From Methanomicrobiales archaeon (GTDB taxonomy: Archaea > Halobacteriota > Methanomicrobia > Methanomicrobiales > JACTUA01), in NCBI GenBank assembly GCA_029907705.1, contig JARYLJ010000002.1, positions 8,373 through 72,372 of the forward strand: a stretch of 64,000 bases of DNA, written 5' to 3'. Of this stretch, positions 1 through 10,269 are shown one piece after another. The translations under genes were made by a program, and so were the position numbers. Below the pieces are notes generated by a model. The model had not been told where the DNA came from, made no database searches, and saw nothing but the letters and a program-made list of their open reading frames with translations. Numbering within the stretch: the first letter of the stretch is position 1; every line of letters begins with the position of its first letter.

Positions 1-887
1 AGAACCGTGCGGACCTGGTCGTCTACTGGGGGTGCAACCCGATCGAGGCGCACCCGAGGCACCTGAGCCGGTATACCACCTATGCGGACGGTTTCTTCCT
101 GAACAAGGCATTCCGGGAGAGGAAGCTGATCGTCGCCGATACGAGGAGGACGCAGAGCGCCCGGATCGCGGACGAGTTCCTCCTGGTGAAGCATGATGCA
201 GACTATGCGATCCTCGGCGCGATCAGGGCGATCGTCAGGGGTCAGACCGACATGATACCTCCTTCCGTCGGCGGGGTGCCGAAGCAGCAGCTCCTGAGAG
301 TCGCCGAGATGTGCAAGAAGGCGAAGTACGGGGTATTCTTCTTCGGGATGGGCCTCACGCAGACGGCGGGGAAGTACAAGAACGTGAGGAATGCCATAGA
401 ACTGGTCATCGAACTGAACCGGCATACGAAGTTCACGCTCACCCCCATGAGGGGCCATTTCAATGTCTATGGTTTCAACGAGGTCTGCACCTGGATGACC
501 GGCTATCCCTATGCGGTGGACTACTCGAGGGGGCTCGCGTTCTACAACCCGGGTGAGACGACCGCGGTTGATATACTTGCACGCGGCGAATGCGACGCCT
601 GCCTCGTCGTGGCCAGCGACCCTGCCGCACATATGCCGAAAAAGGCGGTCGCTCACCTCTCGACGATACCGGTGGTGCAGATCGATCCGCAGATCAATCT
701 GACCAGCGCCTTCTGCGAGTTGCTCATTCCTGTGGCGACCACAGGGATAGATGCGGAGGGCTCTGCGTACCGCATGGACGGGGTGCCGCTCCGGATGAAG
801 GCGGTGCTGAAGAATGTGCATCCGACCGATACAGATGTGCTGGGGGAGATCTACCGGAGGATTAGGGGGGCGAAGGGCTGTGGCTGA
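1..887 (+). CDS. fwdB: formylmethanofuran dehydrogenase subunit B (5'-truncated by window edge)
   Basis: Frame 3 is open from nt 3 (NRADLVVYWGCNPIEAHPRH...) to the stop at 885-887. The sequence looks like the C-terminal part of a molybdopterin-oxidoreductase-type FwdB/FmdB. Its stop overlaps the start of the next subunit gene. Confidence 0.9.
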   Translation, partial: NRADLVVYWGCNPIEAHPRHLSRYTTYADGFFLNKAFRERKLIVADTRRTQSARIADEFLLVKHDADYAILGAIRAIVRGQTDMIPPSVGGVPKQQLLRVAEMCKKAKYGVFFFGMGLTQTAGKYKNVRNAIELVIELNRHTKFTLTPMRGHFNVYGFNEVCTWMTGYPYAVDYSRGLAFYNPGETTAVDILARGECDACLVVASDPAAHMPKKAVAHLSTIPVVQIDPQINLTSAFCELLIPVATTGIDAEGSAYRMDGVPLRMKAVLKNVHPTDTDVLGEIYRRIRGAKGCG

Positions 888-2580
888 GCTGCTGGTGAAG
901 AATGCCTGCGTCATCGACCCGCTGCAGGGCATCGAGGGCGATATTATGGACATCGCGATACGGGATGGAAGGATCGTGGAATCGGTCCGCAACGGTGCGG
1001 AGGTGATCGATGCACAGGGTTTTCTGACGATGCCTGGCGGTATCGACTCGCACACGCACATCTGCGGTACGAAGGTGAACTTCGGCAGGTATATGAGCCC
1101 CGAGGATATGCGGGCGGGCAGGACGGTGAAACGCGGGAAGATGCACGCGACCTCCGGCTACAGTGTCCCCACGACCTATGGAAACAGTTACAGGTACTCG
1201 GTGATGGGCTACACCACGGTACTCGAAGGGGCGATGGCGCCGCTGGAGGCACGCCATACGCACGAGGAGTTCTCCGCCACCCCGCTTCAGGATACGATGG
1301 CGAACACCCTCTTCGATGGGAACTGGCCCGTGATGGAGGCGGTGAAGGAAGGCGATCTGAAGCGGGTCGCCGCCATCGTCGCCTGGATACTGGAGGCGGT
1401 GAAGGGTTTTGCCATAAAGCTGACGAACCCCGGGGGCACGGAGGCATGGGGCTGGGGGAAGAACGTCGAGTGCATCAGGGACACGGTCCCCTACTTCGGG
1501 GTGACACCGGCGGAGATCATCCTCTCCCTCGTGAAAGCGAACGAGATGCTCCGTCTGCCCCATTCGGTCCACCTCCACTGCAACAGGCTGGGCATCCCCG
1601 GTAACTACTCCTGCACCATCGGTACCTTCGACCTGATCCCGGATCTGAACAGGAACCGCCAGTCGCTGTACGCGACGCATGTCCAGTTCCACTCCTACGG
1701 AGGGAGCTCCTGGCCCGATATCAATTCGAAGGCGGAGCCTGTCGCATATGCGGTGAACCGAAAGCCCCAGATCGTCATCGATATGGGGCAGATGATGTTC
1801 GGGAAGACCACCACGATGACCGCAGACGGACCCATGGAGTTCAACCTCTACCGGCTCTATCACAACAAGTGGAGCAACCACGACGTGGAGCTGGAGACCA
1901 CCTCGGGCATTATCCCCGTGCTCTACCGAAGGAAGAATCTGGTGAACTGCGTGATGTGGTCGATAGGCCTCGAGCTCGCGCTGCTCGTGAAGAACCCGTG
2001 GCAGTGTCTGCTATCCACGGACAACCCGAATGGCGCGCCCTTCGTGAAGTACCCCGAGATCATCGCGCTCCTGATGAGCCGGCCCTACCGGGAGAAGGAG
2101 TTTGCCACCCTCCATCCCCATACGGGATCGCGTGTGTTGCTCCCCTCGATCGACAGGGAACTGGACTGGAACGAGATCGCAGTGATGACGAGGGCGGGGC
2201 AGTCGCGTGCCCTGGGTATCGACAGGATCGGCAAGGGGCACCTCCGGGCAGGCGCAGAGGCGGACATCGCGATCTATCCGCTGAGGATCGGCGATACCGA
2301 CCCTTCGAGGGAATACGAGAAGGTGATCGGGGCCTTCAGAAAGACGATGTGGACGATAAAGAGGGGCCGGGTGGTCGCACGTGACGGCGAGATCCTTGTG
2401 GAGGGCAAGAACGCGACGATCTGGGTGAGGCCGACGGTGCCGGAGCCGTATCGCATGGAGCAGGACCCAGACTTCGTCCGGAACTTCGAGCGCTATTACA
2501 CGGTGAGGATGTCGAACTACCCGGTGCAGCATCACTATATCCCCAGGAACATCTGCATCGAGACGGAGGCGGTACTGTGA
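880..2580 (+). CDS. fwdA: formylmethanofuran dehydrogenase subunit A (amidohydrolase fold)
   Basis: Track ORF 814-2580. I place the start at GTG 880 (GTGGCTGA overlap with the fwdB stop; N-terminus VAELLVKNACVIDP). GGIDSHTH metal-binding motif. Confidence 0.9.
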   Translation: MAELLVKNACVIDPLQGIEGDIMDIAIRDGRIVESVRNGAEVIDAQGFLTMPGGIDSHTHICGTKVNFGRYMSPEDMRAGRTVKRGKMHATSGYSVPTTYGNSYRYSVMGYTTVLEGAMAPLEARHTHEEFSATPLQDTMANTLFDGNWPVMEAVKEGDLKRVAAIVAWILEAVKGFAIKLTNPGGTEAWGWGKNVECIRDTVPYFGVTPAEIILSLVKANEMLRLPHSVHLHCNRLGIPGNYSCTIGTFDLIPDLNRNRQSLYATHVQFHSYGGSSWPDINSKAEPVAYAVNRKPQIVIDMGQMMFGKTTTMTADGPMEFNLYRLYHNKWSNHDVELETTSGIIPVLYRRKNLVNCVMWSIGLELALLVKNPWQCLLSTDNPNGAPFVKYPEIIALLMSRPYREKEFATLHPHTGSRVLLPSIDRELDWNEIAVMTRAGQSRALGIDRIGKGHLRAGAEADIAIYPLRIGDTDPSREYEKVIGAFRKTMWTIKRGRVVARDGEILVEGKNATIWVRPTVPEPYRMEQDPDFVRNFERYYTVRMSNYPVQHHYIPRNICIETEAVL

Positions 2581-3359
2581 AGGTCGTCCTCACGACAAAG
2601 CCCAGGAAGAACCCGCGCATCCCGGTCGAGGCGGAGCTTCTGATCCCCGAGAGCTTCCTGGATCCGTCTGGAGCAGAGGAACTGACCGTCTGGGAGGGCA
2701 ACAGGGAGAGAGGGCTCAGCGATCTCTTCGATATCCACGTGGAGGGGGGTGCAGAGAAGGCCGAGGAGGTCCAGCTCGTTGTCAGGGGTGACACCGGGAC
2801 GCTGAAGAGGGTGGGCGAGCGGATGACCGGTGGCCGGATTCTAATCGAGGGGGACATCGGGATGCACTGCGGGAACCTGATGAAGGGCGGTACGATCGAG
2901 ATCGCAGGCAATGCGGATGCATGGCTTGGACGCGAGATGCTCGGGGGGGAGATCAGGTGCCGGGGCAACGCAAACCATTACCTCGCCTCCGGCTATCGCG
3001 GCGAGAAGTTCGGGATGAAGGGAGGTGTCGTGGAGGTCTTCGGCAACGCGGGTGACTACACCGCCGAGTACCTGTCGGGCGGCAAGGTGATCGTTCATGG
3101 AAACGCCGGCGATCTCCCCGGCATCGAGATGGCCGCCGGCACGCTGGTCATCATGGGGGATTGCCGCCGGGCATGCGGCAACATGACCGGCGGGGAAGTG
3201 TACATACATGGTACGGTGCACCAGATGCTCCCGACATTCAGGAAGGTGGGCGAAAAGGTGATGGGCGAACCTCCGGCCCCGTACTCCATATTCACCGGAG
3301 ATATCGCGAACAGGGGCAAAGGAACAATTTTTATAAGGAATTACCAATATCTCCTCTGA
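2577..3359 (+). CDS. fwdC: formylmethanofuran dehydrogenase subunit C
   Basis: GTGA overlap with the fwdA stop. Repeated glycine-rich beta-helix units (GNADAW, GNANHY, GNAGDY, GNAGDL) are typical of subunit C. Confidence 0.9.
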   Translation: MKVVLTTKPRKNPRIPVEAELLIPESFLDPSGAEELTVWEGNRERGLSDLFDIHVEGGAEKAEEVQLVVRGDTGTLKRVGERMTGGRILIEGDIGMHCGNLMKGGTIEIAGNADAWLGREMLGGEIRCRGNANHYLASGYRGEKFGMKGGVVEVFGNAGDYTAEYLSGGKVIVHGNAGDLPGIEMAAGTLVIMGDCRRACGNMTGGEVYIHGTVHQMLPTFRKVGEKVMGEPPAPYSIFTGDIANRGKGTIFIRNYQYLL

Positions 3360-3511
3360 TGCTCCGTCATTCCTGCGGTTACAATTCGAAGATCATCTGC
3401 AAGAAGTGCGGGACCGAGCTCCTCTACCGTGAAAGGGCAGGGCTCTACTGCCCTGCGTGCGGGAGGCGCGTCTCCGTCATCTGCCCCGGCTGCGGCAAGG
3501 TCTGGGACTAG
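3359..3511 (+). CDS. small zinc-ribbon protein (50 aa), function unknown, coupled to fwdC
   Basis: ATG 3359 overlaps the fwdC stop (TGATG). MLRHSCGYNSKIICKKCGTELLYRERAGLYCPACGRRVSVICPGCGKVWD carries CKKC, CPAC and CPGC pairs. In the track it is only the tail of a longer spurious ORF. Confidence 0.55.
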   Translation: MLRHSCGYNSKIICKKCGTELLYRERAGLYCPACGRRVSVICPGCGKVWD

Positions 3512-3777
3512 CCCTCTGTTGCCCGAAGCCACTGGGCGTACTGCTGGCGAAGCTGCTCCAGTTCGGCAGGCGAGAGATCCCTCTTTCCGGATCGATGAAG
3601 GTGCCTTTCCAGCTGATCCACGATCGCCTCCGCATCCCTGTGGCTCTGTGCATCCACATATACGGTGGTGCGGGTGCAGTTGATCGACTCCCCGCAGATC
3701 GGGCAGAGTTTCCATTTCTGGTACCTGTCGACATAGGTGAATGCCCTGCACCCCGGACACCTGATCACCAGGTACAT
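3508..3777 (-). CDS. DUF1922-type zinc-ribbon protein
   Basis: 89-aa ORF. N-terminal CPGC...CPIC ribbon followed by a charged helical tail, matching the methanogen DUF1922 family as I remember it. Confidence 0.75.
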   Translation of the reverse strand: MYLVIRCPGCRAFTYVDRYQKWKLCPICGESINCTRTTVYVDAQSHRDAEAIVDQLERHLHRSGKRDLSPAELEQLRQQYAQWLRATEG

Positions 3778-3852
3778 GACAATGGATCGATTTGAATATG
3801 TGGGTTAAATAGCTTGCCTGTACCCCCTGCCGATCGCCCGGTGCGGGAGCAA

Positions 3853-4011
3853 TCAGTAAAGGATGCTCAATGCGAGGATGAATATCCCGAAGGCAAGAGA
3901 GATGGCAATCACGACCACCGGACTTATCTGCAGGGCACGCCGGTCCTCGCTCTCGTAATAATTGACGAGTCCAGCAGAGGAGATGAGGCGCCCCCCTTTC
4001 TTCTTCGGCAT
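3853..4011 (-). CDS. preprotein translocase subunit Sec61-beta (52 aa)
   Basis: Absent from the ORF track (<60 aa). My reverse-strand translation gives MPKKKGGRLISSAGLVNYYESEDRRALQISPVVVIAISLAFGIFILALSILY. This has the basic N-terminus plus single C-terminal TM typical of archaeal Sec61-beta. Confidence 0.8.
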   Translation of the reverse strand: MPKKKGGRLISSAGLVNYYESEDRRALQISPVVVIAISLAFGIFILALSILY

Positions 4012-4055
4012 GATCAGCTATTTCATTCCGCGAGCATAAAAAAGGTAGCACAGGG

Positions 4056-5105
4056 ATGGCAAAGGAGGAGCGGGTCTATCTGGGGCAGGCCCTTGTGGGC
4101 AGGGAGCTGGATCCGATACCGGCCGAGATCACGGTGAAGGGCGGCATGATCTCATCGGTGTACGAGCTGAAGAGTGCACCAGCGGTATGGATATGCCCCG
4201 CGTTCTTCGATGCGCATACCCATCTGGGGGATACGATCGCCATGGACATCCCCTGCAGAGGAACGATCTCTGAACTCGTCACGCCTCCCGACGGCCTGAA
4301 GCACCGTTTGCTCGCGCGGGTGCGACGGGAGGATCTGATCGGGGGTATGAGAGCGTCTGTCGAGTATATGATGGCAGGAGGGGTTGCCGGTTTCGCAGAC
4401 TTCCGGGAGGGTGGTGTGGCAGGTGTACTCGCACTCCGAGAGGCCACCCGCGGACTCGGATGCAGACCGGTGATACTGGGAAGGGAAGGGGGCGAAGAGA
4501 TCGCGGACGGGGTCGGGATCAGCAGCACCAGGGACGTATCTGACGCCCGTGAGATCGCTGTCAGAGCGAAGGCGGCGGACAAGCTCGTCGCCGTGCACGC
4601 GGGCGAACGGGACCCCTTCGATATCGAGGAGGCGATCGGGCTCGATCCCGATCTTATCGTCCACTGTACCCATGCAGAGGAGGGTCACCTGCGGGAGTGT
4701 GCAGAACGGCGGATCCCGATCGCCGTGTGCCCGAGATCCAACTGGATCATGGGGGTGACCGCATCGCCGGATCGCCCCCCGATCAGGAGGATGCTCGAGC
4801 TCGGGTGCACTGTCCTCCTCGGGACAGACAACGCGATGTTCGTCCAGCCGGACATGTTCAGGGAACTCTCCTTCACCTCCACCGTATACCGGGTCGATCC
4901 GAAGGTGCTCCTCCGTGCCGCGATCGAGGGTGCCTCGTATCTCGCCTCACCGCACTTCATAGAGCCGAAAAACCGGGCATGTTTCTTTTTAATCAGGCCG
5001 GAGGGCTCCAATTTAAGATACAGCCACGATATCTGCGCCACCATAGTAAAGAGGGTGAGTGGTTGCGAGATCGGGGAAAATCTTTTATTTGCATCGCACG
5101 AGTAA
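4056..5105 (+). CDS. amidohydrolase-family metal-dependent hydrolase (chlorohydrolase/deaminase-like)
   Basis: 349-aa ORF. FFDAHTHLGD HxH motif, later HCTH and GTDN motifs of the amidohydrolase superfamily. Substrate not assignable from sequence. Confidence 0.75.
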   Translation: MAKEERVYLGQALVGRELDPIPAEITVKGGMISSVYELKSAPAVWICPAFFDAHTHLGDTIAMDIPCRGTISELVTPPDGLKHRLLARVRREDLIGGMRASVEYMMAGGVAGFADFREGGVAGVLALREATRGLGCRPVILGREGGEEIADGVGISSTRDVSDAREIAVRAKAADKLVAVHAGERDPFDIEEAIGLDPDLIVHCTHAEEGHLRECAERRIPIAVCPRSNWIMGVTASPDRPPIRRMLELGCTVLLGTDNAMFVQPDMFRELSFTSTVYRVDPKVLLRAAIEGASYLASPHFIEPKNRACFFLIRPEGSNLRYSHDICATIVKRVSGCEIGENLLFASHE

Positions 5106-5135
5106 ATATACGACATCTCGTTTTGGGGAAGCTGT

Positions 5136-5564
5136 ATGTTCCGAAAGATTCTGGTTGCGATAGACGGTTCGAAAATGAGCGAGAACGCACTGAATACAGC
5201 CATCGAACTGGCCAGCATGTGGGGTTCAGAACTCGATACCGTCTATGTGATAGAGACGGGTCTCTTCTCCTCGCTCCCGCTGGACAATACGTGGGAGGTC
5301 ATATATGGGATGCTGAGGAGCGAGGGGGAGAAGGCACTTGCATCTGCCAGGGAGAAGGCATCGGAGAAGGGCGTGAAGATCACGACGCACATGAAGGAGG
5401 GGCACGCGGGCAATGAAATCCTGAAGACCGCCCAGTCTGCCGGTTCGGAACTGATCGTGGTCGGTTCCCATGGCAAGTCCCAGATCGATCGCCTGCTTCT
5501 CGGAAGCATCAGCTCCTACGTGGTGAAGTACAGCAGTGTGACGACACTGGTGGTGAGAAAATAA
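5136..5564 (+). CDS. universal stress protein (UspA family)
   Basis: 142 aa. MFRKILVAIDGS... start and the C-terminal GSHGKS..LGS motif are typical of UspA domains. Confidence 0.85.
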   Translation: MFRKILVAIDGSKMSENALNTAIELASMWGSELDTVYVIETGLFSSLPLDNTWEVIYGMLRSEGEKALASAREKASEKGVKITTHMKEGHAGNEILKTAQSAGSELIVVGSHGKSQIDRLLLGSISSYVVKYSSVTTLVVRK

Positions 5565-5584
5565 GCACACTGGTCAGGGACGCC

Positions 5585-6409
5585 ATGACGAACGATGTCG
5601 TGGCCGTCGAGATACCGGGCAACAGGGACGACATCCTGAAGATCATGAAGAGGACCGGTATCAGTGGGGTGCCGGTCCTGAAGAGCGGGGAGATCGTCGG
5701 GATCGTGACGCGGAAGGATCTCCTGAAGAAACCCGAAGAGACCCAGCTGGGCCTCCTGATGTCGCACGATCCGGTCACCATATCACCCGATGCGAACATG
5801 CGCGACGCGGCGGAGCTGCTCATCAGGCACCAGATACGCAGGCTCCCCGTCGTGGAGGGAAGGAGGCTGGTCGGGATCCTCTCGGTCGCAGACCTGGTGA
5901 ATGCGATCTCCCAGATGAAGATAAAGAAGGAGATCAAGGAATTCGGATCCTCTAGGGTCTTTGCGTTGTGGGAGGAGACACCGCTGAACCTGGTCGGCAG
6001 GATCATGGCGATCTCCGGCCTGGATGCGATACCGATTCTGGACGAGGAGGGGACCCTTACAGGCATCATATCGGAGCGGGACCTGATCAGGCACTCCTGC
6101 ATCGAGGACAGCGTGGAGACGAGCGATTTCTCCAATGGAACCGACGACGACGAGTGGACCTGGGAGAGCATCAGGGATCTCCACACACTCAGCTACAGCG
6201 TATCGAAGGTGAAGCTGCCACCGAAGGCGGTGAAGCTGGCGATGGTGAAGAGCGTGATCAATGTGACGATGAACGCGGAGGTGAGCGAATGTGCGCTGAA
6301 GATGCGCCGGGCCCGGGTGGACCAGCTCCCCATCGTGAACAGCGACAAGAAACTGGTCTCCATGCTCTATGACAGAGATCTGATCCGTGTACTCTGTGCA
6401 GATGGGTGA
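5585..6409 (+). CDS. CBS-domain protein (four CBS repeats)
   Basis: 274 aa. Recurrent CBS signatures (GVPV..G.IVGIVTRKDL, RRLPVVEG..LVGILS, IPILDEEG.LTGIISERDL, QLPIVNSDKKLV). Confidence 0.85.
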   Translation: MTNDVVAVEIPGNRDDILKIMKRTGISGVPVLKSGEIVGIVTRKDLLKKPEETQLGLLMSHDPVTISPDANMRDAAELLIRHQIRRLPVVEGRRLVGILSVADLVNAISQMKIKKEIKEFGSSRVFALWEETPLNLVGRIMAISGLDAIPILDEEGTLTGIISERDLIRHSCIEDSVETSDFSNGTDDDEWTWESIRDLHTLSYSVSKVKLPPKAVKLAMVKSVINVTMNAEVSECALKMRRARVDQLPIVNSDKKLVSMLYDRDLIRVLCADG

Positions 6410-6426
6410 TAACACAACATTTAAGG

Positions 6427-6434
6427 TTTATAAA
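6427..6434 (+). promoter_or_regulatory. candidate TATA box for psmB
   Basis: TTTATAAA lies in an AT-rich spacer 56 nt upstream of the psmB ATG. The position fits an archaeal promoter with a short leader. Confidence 0.45.
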
Positions 6435-6489
6435 TTCCTTTTTATGTCGGAGACAATTTTAATCGTTTCATTCGAATAGGTGTCATATT

Positions 6490-7122
6490 ATGCAGGAAGT
6501 TCAGGCGGAGTATCTGAAGGGAACGACCACCATAGGCATCACGTTTGCCGATGGCGTCGTGCTCGCGACGGAGATGCGTGCCACCATGGGCAATCTGGTC
6601 GCGAGCAGGAAGGCGAAGAAGGTATACCGGATCGCGGATCGGATCGGCATGACGACGGCAGGGGGTGTGGGGGATGCCCAGCAGCTCGCACGCCTGATGA
6701 CCGTCGAGTGCAACCTCTACCAGGTCAGGCGCGGTAAACCGATGTCCGTGGGTGCGGTCTCCACGCTCCTTTCGAACTATCTGAACCAGAATCGTTATTA
6801 CCCCTACTATGTCCAGCTCCTCGTCGGTGGTGTGGATGACACGGGCCCGAAGATCTATTCGGTCGATGCCCTCGGGGGTGCGACGAAGGAGGAGGAGATC
6901 GTGGCCACCGGCTCCGGATCGCCGATGGCCTACGGTGTGCTCGAGGACCGATATCGACCGGATATGAACCGCGACGAAGCGGTGGATCTGGCGATCAGGG
7001 CCCTCAGGGCGGCGATGAAGCGCGATATCGGCTCTGGCGAGGACATCAGCGTGGTCGTGATCACGAAGGAACGTTACGAGGAGTTCACCGTCGACGGAAA
7101 GGAAACGAAGGCATCCCACTGA
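6490..7122 (+). CDS. psmB: proteasome subunit beta
   Basis: 210 aa. Short propeptide then TTTIGI (catalytic Thr). Clear similarity to archaeal 20S beta subunits. Confidence 0.95.
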   Translation: MQEVQAEYLKGTTTIGITFADGVVLATEMRATMGNLVASRKAKKVYRIADRIGMTTAGGVGDAQQLARLMTVECNLYQVRRGKPMSVGAVSTLLSNYLNQNRYYPYYVQLLVGGVDDTGPKIYSVDALGGATKEEEIVATGSGSPMAYGVLEDRYRPDMNRDEAVDLAIRALRAAMKRDIGSGEDISVVVITKERYEEFTVDGKETKASH

Positions 7123-7149
7123 GTCACTTACACTTTTTTCAGGACGATT

Positions 7150-9042
7150 TTGATGTTAATCGATGAGCGGTTGAAGGAGCTGAAGAACAAGGTCAATTCC
7201 ATCGTGCCACGGGGCATCACGGTCTCGGACGTGGAGTTCGAGGGCCCGGAGCTGGTCATATACACGGACGATCCGAAGAAGTTCGCCGACGAGCCCGACC
7301 TGATCAAGACACTCGCCCGCGACCTGAGGAAGAGGATCGTGGTCCGGCCGAACGTTCAGGAACTGCCTGAGCGCGCCTCGGAAGAGATCAAGAGCATCGT
7401 GCCGGAATCTGCCGGCATCACGGACATCTTCTTCGACGACGATACAGGAGAGGTGCTGATAGAGGCGCAGAAACCGGGGGTGGTGATCGGGAAGAACGGC
7501 ACCACCCTGAGAGAGATCTCGAAGCATATCGGCTGGACACCGAAGGTCGTGAGGACACCGCCCATCGAGAGTTCCACGGTGAAGCAGATCAGGCAGTATC
7601 TCAGGGCGGTGAAGGACGAGCGGAAGGAGTTCCTGCGTGCGATGGGAAAGAGGATACATCGGGATGTCACGAGCAAGGATCAGTGGGCACGTGTCACGAT
7701 GCTCGGATGCTGCAGGGAGGTGGGGAGGGCCGCCTTTCTGCTCAGCACCCCCGAGAGCAGGATCCTCATCGACTGCGGCGAGAAGCCCGGGAGTTCCAAT
7801 GGCACCCCCTACCTCTATATTCCGGAGGTCAGCCCGCTCTCTTCGGTGGACGCGGTCGTTCTCACCCATGCGCATCTCGATCACTGCGCCTTCATCCCCC
7901 TTCTCTTCAAATACGGTTTCGAAGGGCCCGTATACTGCACACCTCCGACGAGGGACCTCGCGGCGATGCTCCAGCTGGACTATCTGGACGTGATGAGCAA
8001 GGAGGAGAACAGGGTTCCGTACAGTTCGAACGAGGTGAAGAACTTCGTGAAGCACTCGATCGTCCTGAATTATGGCTGCGTCACGGACATCGCACCGGAC
8101 GTCAAGCTGACGTTCCACAATGCAGGGCATATTCTGGGTTCCGCGATCGCGCATTTCCACATCGGCGATGGCATGTACAACGTGGCATTCACCGGTGACT
8201 TCAACTACAGCAAGAGCCGGCTCTTCAGTCCGGCGACGGTCAATTTCCCCAGGCTCGAAGCGCTCTTCATGGAGAGCACGTATGGCAGCTCGCAGGATAT
8301 ACAGCCATCGCGCCGTGAGGCGGAGGAGAGGCTCTATCAGGTGGTGAATGCGGTCCTCGCACGGGGTGGAAAGGTTCTCATCCCCGCCTTCGCGGTCGGG
8401 CGCTCGCAGGAGGTTATGCTCGCGCTCGAAGAGGGGATTCGCATGGCGAAGATTCCAAGTGCCACCGTGTATCTGGACGGCATGATCCGGGAGGCGACCG
8501 CCATCCACACCACGTATCCCGAATACCTGAATGCGGACCTCAGAAACCAGATATTCAGGGACGGGTTCAACCCGTTCCTCGCGGAGTGCTTCAGGGCAGT
8601 GGATTCCACGGAGCTCCGCGAGGCGGTGATCCGTGGGGGGCCCTGTGTGATCATCACCACGAGCGGTATGCTGAACGGTGGGCCGGTCTTCGAGTATTTG
8701 AAGGCGCTCGCATCAGAGAAGAACAACGCGCTTATATTCGTTGGTTATCAGGCAGAAGGGACCATCGGCAGAAGAATCCAGAAAGGCTGGCGGGAGGTGC
8801 CGCTGGGCGGCCGTGAGACGATCGAGATCAACATGGAGATCGTCACGATCGATGGTTTCAGCGGCCACTCGGACAGACGTGAACTGATGAATTACGTCAC
8901 GCACATTCAGCCCCGCCCGGAGAAGATATTCACGATCCATGGCGAGGAGAGCAAGACGATCGATCTCGCCAGCTCTCTGTATAAAAAGTTCCATATAGTG
9001 ACGCATTCACCGATGAACCTCGAGACCTACCGCCTGATCTGA
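7150..9042 (+). CDS. beta-CASP ribonuclease aCPSF1 (KH domains + metallo-beta-lactamase/beta-CASP)
   Basis: 630 aa. N-terminal KH-like region, HAHLDH MBL motif, beta-CASP region. Conserved position just after psmB. Confidence 0.9.
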   Translation: MMLIDERLKELKNKVNSIVPRGITVSDVEFEGPELVIYTDDPKKFADEPDLIKTLARDLRKRIVVRPNVQELPERASEEIKSIVPESAGITDIFFDDDTGEVLIEAQKPGVVIGKNGTTLREISKHIGWTPKVVRTPPIESSTVKQIRQYLRAVKDERKEFLRAMGKRIHRDVTSKDQWARVTMLGCCREVGRAAFLLSTPESRILIDCGEKPGSSNGTPYLYIPEVSPLSSVDAVVLTHAHLDHCAFIPLLFKYGFEGPVYCTPPTRDLAAMLQLDYLDVMSKEENRVPYSSNEVKNFVKHSIVLNYGCVTDIAPDVKLTFHNAGHILGSAIAHFHIGDGMYNVAFTGDFNYSKSRLFSPATVNFPRLEALFMESTYGSSQDIQPSRREAEERLYQVVNAVLARGGKVLIPAFAVGRSQEVMLALEEGIRMAKIPSATVYLDGMIREATAIHTTYPEYLNADLRNQIFRDGFNPFLAECFRAVDSTELREAVIRGGPCVIITTSGMLNGGPVFEYLKALASEKNNALIFVGYQAEGTIGRRIQKGWREVPLGGRETIEINMEIVTIDGFSGHSDRRELMNYVTHIQPRPEKIFTIHGEESKTIDLASSLYKKFHIVTHSPMNLETYRLI

Positions 9043-10125
9043 ATGCGTCAGGTCTTCGCCCTGTTCTGCGGCGTCTTCATGGTGATGGCACTGTCCAATG
9101 CCATCGTCCCCATACTTCCGGCATTCGCGGAGGGAAGTGCGCTCCAGGGTGCGATCTATGCGGCGTACTTCTTCGGTGCGCTGGTGACGGTCTTTCCCGC
9201 GGGTGCCCTATCGGACCGGTTCGGGCAGAGGGTGTTCATCCAGTCAGGCCTATTCCTCACCTTCGTCAGCGGCATCATGATCCTCGTCGCACAGTCTTCA
9301 CCCATCGTCCTTGCCGGCCGCCTACTGGAAGGGGTCGCCGCTGGGCTCTTCGTGCCAGCCGGCATGTCGTGGATGAACTCCCAGAAGGAGCATGCACGCC
9401 TGAGCGGCGGATTCATGGCCGCCCTGAACCTGGGTCTGCTCGCCGGTCTATTCGGAACGGGCTGGATCGACCGGCTGACGGGATCGGATCTCGTCACCCT
9501 CGGGATATGGGTCTTCACCATCCTCTCCCTCGTTCCTCTCCTGCTGTCCCTGCATGTGCAGGATGTGAAGAGCGAGAAGGGTGGAAACGGACTGCTGAGA
9601 GAGGAGGGCTGGAGGTACCTGTGGCTCTATGTATCGGTGACGATCCTGCTCGGCGCCACAGGAGTGGTGAGCTCCCTCTACCCTGAGTTTTCTGGGGGTG
9701 CACCCTCGCTGCTCAGCCTCCAGATTGGCCTGATGCACACCGCCACGATGATCACCGTCTATGCGAGCTCGCAAATCCAGCTCCAGCCTGTCCTGACGAT
9801 CAGGGCCACCGGCCTGCTCATGGCGGTCTCGGTGCTCTCGTGTTACCTCTCGCCCATCGGTTTTCTCCTGGTGGGAGCGGTGGCAGGAGTCGCGATCAAC
9901 GCACAGCTCGCATTCCTCGCGGAGACCGGCGCCTCCCAGGGAGCGGTGATGGGGCTGTTCAATGTCTCGAGTTATGCAGGTATGTCGCTCCTGCCCTTTA
10001 TTGCCGGCATACTGGTCGAGTACTCGGGGAACAACTTCCTCATCGCTTTCGTTGCCACATCGGTACTCTGTCTGTTCGTCGCCATGACAATCGGAAGATG
10101 CAGCTGCAGGCTGAAGGGATCATGA
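9043..10125 (+). CDS. MFS transporter
   Basis: 360 aa, hydrophobic throughout with about 10-12 predicted TM segments. GALSDRFGQR motif typical of the MFS loop 2-3. Confidence 0.8.
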   Translation: MRQVFALFCGVFMVMALSNAIVPILPAFAEGSALQGAIYAAYFFGALVTVFPAGALSDRFGQRVFIQSGLFLTFVSGIMILVAQSSPIVLAGRLLEGVAAGLFVPAGMSWMNSQKEHARLSGGFMAALNLGLLAGLFGTGWIDRLTGSDLVTLGIWVFTILSLVPLLLSLHVQDVKSEKGGNGLLREEGWRYLWLYVSVTILLGATGVVSSLYPEFSGGAPSLLSLQIGLMHTATMITVYASSQIQLQPVLTIRATGLLMAVSVLSCYLSPIGFLLVGAVAGVAINAQLAFLAETGASQGAVMGLFNVSSYAGMSLLPFIAGILVEYSGNNFLIAFVATSVLCLFVAMTIGRCSCRLKGS

Positions 10126-10269
10126 GCAGGGGAAGAATCCTCTATGGCCCTCGTATGGCGATCTCACGGTCAATGGCATGCAAGCCATATGGAGGGACGA
10201 TCAGGGACATTCATTCGGTTGGAAAACGTTGACCTTCTCCGTACCTCGCCATCTGCCAGGGTCCTTCAT

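Noticed and set aside
862-1881. 339-aa minus-strand ORF antisense to fwdA
   Set aside because: It lies entirely inside a well-supported gene on the other strand. It has the Arg/Pro/His/Gly-rich composition typical of antisense frames in GC-rich DNA and no family resemblance.
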